64,000 bases of DNA from Octopus sinensis. Lineage: Eukaryota. A program made the translations under genes and the position numbers. The notes below the pieces were generated by a model that did no database searches, was not told the DNA's origin, and saw nothing but the letters and a program-made list of their open reading frames with translations. The DNA lies in NCBI RefSeq assembly GCF_006345805.1, contig NC_042999.1:143344001-143408000 (forward strand). Reading direction: 5' to 3'. Positions 56,814 through 64,000 of this stretch are shown here, piece by piece (position 1 is the stretch's first letter; each line of letters begins with the position of its first letter).

Positions 56814-57668
56814 TGATAATAATAATAAAATAATAATAGTAATACTAATTTCTTATTGTTTTTAATATTGCAACAAATTTTTTCTATTATGTCATCTATA
56901 ATGAGATACATCCTGATAGATATGCATACAAAGGTTCAAGACAACAAATGATATGGAAGGACGATCTTGCAGCAATTACGGACCCTATTATTGCTAATTT
57001 CAAAAACTTTTCTATATCTGTACTGTACCTTTGTTTTATTTATTTATTCATTCATTTATTTATTTATCTATCTATCTATTTATTTATTTACATAAGCAAT
57101 TGTATATCCAATGGCACTAATTACAAAGACGAAGGAATTCATTAGATGAAATGGTGTCATTTCAGTGCTCCTCAGGTTACGTCTGGAAGACATTTTAGTT
57201 TACTTGATACTTCTCTGTCAATCAATAAAACACTATTGACGTTTTTGTTATATGAAAGTGTCAGATTTATTGTATGATAACTATTGAGTAGTTTCTATGC
57301 AACTTTTCTATTTCATTTCTAAAGCAAATGACAGGGCAGGGAGCTGTTTCGACTTATTGCATCTCATTAGCCACGCAACCGTGTATAACTTTAACCTCGA
57401 CGCAGTGATGTCTTTCACTGATTAAATAATTATCTGTTAATACAAATACACCCCTATTTCATATGTAGTGGATTTCTTTTGGGCCAGTTTAACAATGGTT
57501 AGTACAACAAAATGTATTTTATGAAATCGTGTTTGAAGTTCAAAATTTTCAGAAGTTCGTTGATGAAATGGCCAGTCAAATGGTGACAGACTTGAGTGCG
57601 ATTCGTGAGAATCACTGGATAAAAACAAACGATTTGGCTGACTTTGGATTCCTTGCATCACATTGTAG
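54699..57668 (+). CDS. Candidate small exons of an unidentified gene (54699-54723, 55448-55522, 56147-56195, 57553-57668)
   Basis: Each has a pyrimidine-rich AG acceptor and a GT donor (gtaaat, gtacgc, gtgagt, gttgct). The first three splice into an open frame HWCSKTSMQNIEDVTVGWKLGSTVSPLIIFVREMLNLTGICVTEYCTHV. No homology recognised. Confidence 0.27.
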
Positions 57669-58035
57669 GTTGCTGTCGTTTTGGAAACAGGGATACATTT
57701 TTATTATTTCTTTCATTATTATAATTAAATTGAATGTTTGCAGTACACTAAAGTGTATTATTGTAATAAATACACTTCGGTAATTAATTCATAGCATGCT
57801 AAGGCTTTTTCTTCACCCCCCTCTCTCTGTATTTTCTTCTTTTTTTTCGGTTTTTAAAGTAGTCTAGTTGGTATGTTGTTTCTGAGATGATGTTATTATA
57901 AAGAAATGATTATTGCAAAGAAAAACCAACATAGTCAAAACTTTTGAGGATAGAGCTTTTCCTCTCAGACCCAACCCCATGACAACTTTTTTGACTACTC
58001 CTTGAAGAGGAAAATGAGCAGAGAGAGAGAGAGAG

Positions 58036-58097
<62 letters not shown>

Positions 58098-58134
58098 CAT
58101 CATCATCATCATCATCATCATTATCATCATTTAA

Positions 58135-58842
58135 GGCGATGAGCTGGCAGGATCGTTAGTACTCCGGGCTAAATACTTAGCGTTATTTCGTCTGCTGCTA
58201 TGTTCTGAGTTGAAATTCCGCCAAGGTCGACTTTGCCTTTCATCCCTTCGGGGTCGATAAATTAAGTACCAATTACGTACTGAGGTCGATCTGATTCACT
58301 GCCCCCTCTCCTCCGAGCTTTCAGGCCTTGTGCTTATAATAGAAAGGAATACTGTTATTGACATGTTAACATCATCATCATCATCATCATCATCATTATT
58401 ATTTAAGGCGGCCAGTTGGCAGAATCCTTAGCACGCCGGGCGAAATGGTTTGCGGTATTTCGACGTCTCTATGTTCAGAGTCCAAATTCCGCCGAGGTTG
58501 ACTTTCCCCTCCATCCTTTCGGGGTCGATAAATTAAGTACCAGCTGAGTATTGGAGTCGATGTAATCGACTTACCTCTCCCCACTAAAATCAAGACCTTG
58601 TGCCTATAGTAGAAATGATTATCATTTGAGGCGGCGAGCTGGCAGATTCGTGAGCATACTGGGCGAAAAGCTTAGCAGTATTTCGTATGTCGCAACGTTT
58701 TGAGTTCAAATTCCGCTGAGGTCAACTTTGCCTTTCATCCTTTTGGGGTCGATAAATTAAGTACCAGTGAAACACTGGGTCGATGTAATCGACAAGTCCC
58801 CTCCCACCAAATTTCAGACCTTGTGCTTTTAGTGGAAAGGAT

Positions 58843-58886
<44 letters not shown>

Positions 58887-59006
58887 TATTATTATTATTA
58901 TTATTATTGTAAGCCGGTGAGCTGACAATCTTTAGCACGCCGGGCGAAATGCTTAGCAGCATTTCGTCTGTCTTCATGTTCTGAGTTCAAATTCCGCCGA
59001 AGTCGG

Positions 59007-59007
<1 letters not shown>
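58135..59007 (+). mobile_element. Tandem array of four SINE-A copies separated by (ATT)n/(ATC)n
   Basis: Heads at ~58135, ~58405, ~58628 and ~58912 (last one partial). Confidence 0.9.
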
Positions 59008-59038
<31 letters not shown>

Positions 59039-59057
59039 CATCATCATTATTATTATT

Positions 59058-60427
59058 GCCTTTGCACAGCTTCTAACGCTGGAGATGTACTACAGTGTCA
59101 GCTGTTCACTAACAGTGAACTAACGTAACACCTCTTATTTTTCTAGCACCTTCCGGAGTATTCGAGCGGTTTCAAGCAGTGCTCTTTTGTGCAAGTGATC
59201 CACCTTTATTGCAGCCCTTATTTGTTCCACGTACTTCTCGAGATTTTTTCTCACTGTTCCCAGGGCTCCGACAATCATTGTTACTACTGCTACCTTTTTT
59301 CTTCGACCACAACTGCTTTACTTCCCAAGCTAACCTGTCATATCTCTCGACATTTCTTTCTTCCTTATCGCATACCTTGTTGTCAGCTGGGCATACTATA
59401 TCTATGATCCAGCATAGTTTGTTTTCTATCTCAATTAAGACTATGTCCGGCTTCCTATTCTCTATCTCATTGTTGTACTGAATCATAAAATCCCATTGGA
59501 TCTTTGCATTTCTATTTTAGACGATGTCTTCAGGTTTGTGGTCGGACCAACATTTTGCTCTGTCAAATCCATACTTGTTGCAAAGTGTCCAATGGACAAG
59601 CCTGGCTATATTGTCGTGGCGTCTCTTATATTCCTTCTAGACTAGTGGCATACATTGGCTGGTAATATGCCATACGGTTTCATTGTTTTGTCCACTGATT
59701 CTGCACTTATCACTTTCTGTTGTGCTATTTATTCTGTATTTTATGTAGTTTGTTCTTATTGCTTGCTCTTGGACAGCACAGATGAGAGCCTCCGTTTCCG
59801 GTTTTAAATCACTTTTAGTCATCCGTAGCTATCTTTTTTCTCTATCTGTCTTATCTTCAACATCTCTATGAAGTTGACCATGCATTCTTTTCTCTACCCA
59901 CCTATTTTCAGGTTCATTCGTTTTCAATTTCTTGTATAGTGCCTTATCTTTGCAAACTGTCACCCTACACAAGCCTGACCTTCTTACTTCTAATAATAGC
60001 GGTTCTGTGGAATTTTTTTTACATACCATGCTATGTTGTTTTCGTCTGCTCTAATAAGTCCTCTTCCCCCACGTTTTCTTGGTACATATAGTCTGTCTAT
60101 GTCACTTTTTGGGTGGAGTGACCCATATCTATTCAGCAACTTCCTTTCATTCTGTTTAAGCTGTTTACTTCGTCTACTGTCCATGCGATTACCCCTGCTC
60201 CATTTCTAAGGAGTGAAACCGCCCTGGTGTTGACAGCTTCGATCTTATTCCGTCCGTTTAATTTCGTCTTAAGGATCAGTCTCAGTCTGCGCAAGTACTC
60301 CACCTTAAATTTTTCTGTAATTTTTTCTCCATCAGTTTATCCATTTCCCAAATCCCCAGGTACTTATAGCCCGTCTCTTCTATCTGCTTCATAACCTCCC
60401 CCGACGGTATTGTTAACCCGTCCATAC
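59058..60427 (-). mobile_element. 5'-truncated, degraded R4/Dong-clade non-LTR retrotransposon (RT C-terminus, CCHC knuckle, restriction-like endonuclease, 3' UTR)
   Basis: Fragments GYKYLGIWE, LHPKSDIDRLYVPRKRGGRGLI, MHGQLHR, LKPETEALICAVQEQAIRTNY, CRISGQNNETVWHITSQC, RRHDNIARLVHW, RKPDIVLIE..CWIIDIVCPAD. The 3' end runs directly into (AAT)n on the minus strand. Confidence 0.9.
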
Positions 60428-60580
60428 ATGTGTAGTAGCAGCAGTGGTTGCAGCAACAGCATGGGTGGGGGTAGTAGTTAGGGTGGGAGTTGGGCCTCGA
60501 TTCCTGTGCTATCATGATAGTAGTAGTTGTAGTATTATTGTAGTATTAGTAGTATTTAGTATTAGCAGCTGCAGCATATT

Positions 60581-60632
60581 ATTATACTGGCAAGACCAAT
60601 TCGCGGCCAAACCTTGGTCTTGCCAGTATAAT
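60581..60632. repeat. Perfect 19-bp hairpin at the end of the second Dong-type fragment
   Basis: attatactggcaagaccaa (60581-60599) / ttggtcttgccagtataat (60614-60632), 14-nt loop. Confidence 0.95.
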
Positions 60633-60780
60633 GCTCTGTCTCTTTTTTTAGCGTTCTTTTCTTTAGCCAATCCCACCTATGTTTTTCAGCAACTTCTGCT
60701 GTGGCTATATGGAATTGATTGTGTAGTCCCTTGTGGCGTAATGCTTCTTCATGTCCTTTTTGTATTTCTTCCTTTGATTT
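60633..60780 (-). mobile_element. Second, distinct R4/Dong-type fragment
   Basis: KGLHNQFHIATAEVAEKHRWDWLKKRTLKKETE parallels the LHGQ..W.WL...LK.ETE block of the neighbouring element but differs in sequence; bordered by (ATT)n at 60781. Confidence 0.7.
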
Positions 60781-60790
60781 TATTATTATT

Positions 60791-61091
60791 ATTACCTCTG
60801 CCTTAGCGAAGGCGGAGGTATTGTTTTTCAGTCGTGTTTGTTCGTTTGTCCGTGGACAAGATATATCAAGAACCGCTGGATGGATTCTAATGAAACTTTC
60901 AGGGATGCTTGGTCTCATAACTAGCAAGAAATGGTTAGATTTTGGGATCGATCCAGTACCGGAAAAGGATTCTGGATTATTTTTCCTGTTTCTTTCTTTT
61001 ACTTAATTTTTGAGAGCGGTTGGGTTCATTTTTAGGATTCTCTTTTGTGAGAGCAGTCGAGTTTATTTCAGATATTCTCATTTTAAATATC
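60791..61091 (+). mobile_element. Probable non-autonomous Helentron-associated (HINE/DINE-like) element, truncated
   Basis: Starts with a 12-bp hairpin tacctctgcctt-agcg-aaggcggaggta (60793-60820), then gtttgttcgtttgtcc...ggatggattctaatgaaactttcagggatg...gattttgggatcgatcc, which resembles, from memory, HINE-type elements of fish and invertebrates. Confidence 0.55.
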
Positions 61092-61585
61092 ATACCCATC
61101 ATGACTACCCGTCTGATAAAGGTACACCCGGCACATGCATCACAACCATATGTGCGCGACATGGTGATCTCATATCAAGATAAACAGCACATGACCTTGC
61201 AGGTGGGGCCCAGTTAGAATTTTCTTCAGGTTGAGTAGCCCATCCCGCTCAAACGGTCCCTGAATAAGGGTTGTTTAAGGATATTGAAAGAACCACCCAT
61301 GTTTCCAGAGGTGAACTATTCAAACCCAAAGAATCCCTCTCAACACATGGCTATGATGCTCCCCCACTACTTCTGCTCGTGATCAGAGATGCACATATCG
61401 TCAGCCACTAAGGGACATGCTCAACTGGTTAAGGTCAAACAACTGACAAGCAAATCTGTGGTATTGAGCAGAATATTTGCTGTAGCCCATCTTTTATACC
61501 AAGACAAAACAATGTACATGATAACACTTCCAATCAGTTAAGATCAGAAGCCATGAGAGCCACTACCTGGTACTGCATCAGGGCA
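61092..61585. mobile_element. ~500-bp (ATT)n-associated element, copy 2
   Basis: High identity to the other copies; ends ctggtactgcatcagggca followed by a long (ATT)n; left end abuts the HINE-like element. Confidence 0.9.
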
Positions 61586-61641
61586 ATATTATTATTATTA
61601 TTATATTATTATTATATTATTATATTATTATTATTATATTA

Positions 61642-61693
<52 letters not shown>

Positions 61694-61771
61694 TATTATT
61701 ATTATTATTTATTATTATTATTATATTATTATTATTATTATTATATTATTATTATTATTATTATTATTATA

Positions 61772-61878
<107 letters not shown>

Positions 61879-61896
61879 CATTATTATTATTATTAT

Positions 61897-62343
61897 CACA
61901 TGCCTCACAACCATATGTGCACGACATGGTGACCATATATCAAGATAAAGAGCGAATAACCTTACAGTGGGACCCAGTTAGAATTTTCTTCAAGTTGAGT
62001 AGCCCATCCCACTCAAAAAGTCCCTGAATAAGGGTTATTTAAAGGTATTGAATAAACATCAATGTTTCCAGAAGTGAATTATTCAAGCCCCAACGAATAC
62101 CTCTCAACACATGGCTATGATGCACCCCCACTACTTCTGCTCGTGATTAGAGATGCACATATCGTCAGCCACCAAGGGACCATACTCAACTGGTAATGGT
62201 CAAACAACTGACAAGCAAATCTGTGGTACTGAGCAGAATATCTGCTGTAGCCCATCTTTTATACCGAGATAAAACGTGTACATGATAACACTTCCAGTCA
62301 GCTAAAAAGCCACGAGAACCAGTGCATGGCACTGCATGAGGGC

Positions 62344-62344
<1 letters not shown>
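61897..62344. mobile_element. ~500-bp (ATT)n-associated element, copy 3 (more diverged)
   Basis: Colinear with copy 2; (ATT)n on both flanks. Confidence 0.9.
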
Positions 62345-62377
<33 letters not shown>

Positions 62378-62790
62378 GAGTGAGAGAGCAGTGCATGTCA
62401 TCAAAGTGACACTGGGGCAAAATATACGAAGCCCAGTATACCCATCATGACTACCCGTCTGATAAGGGTACACTAGTCACATGCATCACAACCATATGTG
62501 CGCGACATGGTGATCTCATATCAAGATAAACAGCACATGACCTTGCAGGTGGGGCCCACTTAGAATTTTCTTCAGGTCGAGTAACCCATCCTGCTCAAAA
62601 GGTCCCTGAATAAGGGTTGTTTAAGGATGTTAAATGAAACACCCATGTTTCCAGAGGTGAACTATTCAAACCCCAAAGAATCCCTCTCAACACATGGCTA
62701 TGATGCTCCCCCACTACTTCTGCTCGTGATCAGAGATGCACATTTCGTCAGCCACTAAGGGACATGCTCAACTGGTTAAGGTCAAACAAC

Positions 62791-62792
<2 letters not shown>
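62378..62792. mobile_element. ~500-bp (ATT)n-associated element, copy 4 (right end missing)
   Basis: Starts gagtgagagagcagtgcatg as in copy 1 and stops at ggtcaaacaactg; (ATT)n on both flanks. Confidence 0.9.
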
Positions 62793-62880
<88 letters not shown>

Positions 62881-64000
62881 CATTATTATCATCATCATCA
62901 TCATCATTATTGACTTGGTACAATCGTTAGCATGTCGGGAAAATGCTTAGCGGGGTTTCGTCCGTCTTTAGGTTCTAGGTTCAAACTGTGCCGAGATTGA
63001 CTTTGCCCTTCACTTTTTCGGAATCGATAAATTAAGTAGCAATCAAGTAATGGGGTCGATGTGATCGTCTATTCCCTCCCTTCAAATTCCAGGCCTTGTG
63101 CCTATAATACAAATGATTATTATTATTATCATTTTTTCTTTTTGTCTCAGGTTTCGTTGTAATTCCTGGAGTCTTGCATATGTGAAGGGCTTGCTGTCTG
63201 CAGTCTACTGTACCATACTATCTGTTTTATTCAATCATCATCATCATCATCATCATCATCATTTAAGACCTTGGGCCTATTATAGAACAAATTTTGGCAC
63301 AAGGCCAGTGATTTCGGGGATGGGATTAAGCCGATTACATCGACCACCCCGAATGTTCTACTGGAGCATTGGGGTCGATGTAATCGAAACCCGAAAGGGT
63401 AAAAGGAAAAGTCGACCTCGGTGGAATTTGAAGTTGTTGTTATTATTGTTGTTGTTGTTGTTGTTATTGTTGTAGTTATTGTTGTTGTTGTTAATATTAT
63501 TGGTAATAATAATCGTTGTTGTAGTAGTCTTTTTCACCTTTTGTTAATCATCGTATCACTTCAATGATTTTATTTTCTAATTTTCTAATTCTTTTCCACA
63601 CACCTGCTTTTCATACATTTACCTCTTTTGTTGCTTACCCATCTACATTTATTTACTGTTGAATGTTTTATTTTCATTTTAATCCGAACTTAGACAGTTG
63701 TTGAGGGGGTAAAGAGGAATCCACCGACGTGTGACGCTGCTGTGAAGCCAGCCATTACATAAGCATTGCTAAAGTATATGTCTATCGACTTTCTACCAAC
63801 AATGCACATACATTCATTGAAAGTCATACAAACACACACGCACCAGCCCCGCCCCCAGGTATGCACGTGCACACAAACGCACATTCACTCATAGACACAA
63901 TCAATACTAAATATTCACGATCGTATATGCGGCTAAGAGAGTATTTTAGTTCTTATTTCTAGCAATCCGGCACTGTCAGTCACAATTAGAGATAATCGAA

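Noticed and set aside
57600-57668. Protein-kinase DFG motif (DLADFGF)
   Set aside because: No HRD, VAIK or APE context in adjacent candidate exons.
61530-61585. U2 snRNA-like words in the 500-bp element (atcagttaagatcaga; acctggtactgca)
   Set aside because: Two short matches recalled from memory, with spacing far shorter than in U2; not distinguishable from chance without an Infernal search against RF00004.

Overview
Eukaryotic, AT-rich window saturated with microsatellites and retroposons. The repeat repertoire is most consistent with an octopus (coleoid cephalopod) genome; this is an inference from tRNA-derived SINEs, (TA)n/(GATA)n/(ATT)n density, R4/Dong-type and CR1-type LINE relics and a 100-N scaffold gap at 42084-42183. 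I cannot confidently identify any intact host protein-coding gene, and most ORFs in the track are microsatellite translations. Well-supported features: a full-length frameshifted DD34D mariner (37122-38394), an R4/Dong-type RLE non-LTR retrotransposon abutting (TAA)n (59058-60427), CR1/L2-type LINE fragments and many SINE copies. Worth a second look: (1) an unnamed ~500-bp non-coding element present four times, with (ATT)n at most of its ends; (2) four SINE types that form a 2x2 combination of shared bodies and tails; (3) a dimeric SINE; (4) a 21-bp minisatellite made from a SINE Pol III A-box; (5) a degenerate minimal hammerhead-like motif; (6) long imperfect and short near-perfect palindromes; (7) a decayed type II membrane protein gene; (8) two promoter-like motif clusters and several low-confidence exon candidates. 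All identities were judged by eye, and repeat boundaries are approximate.
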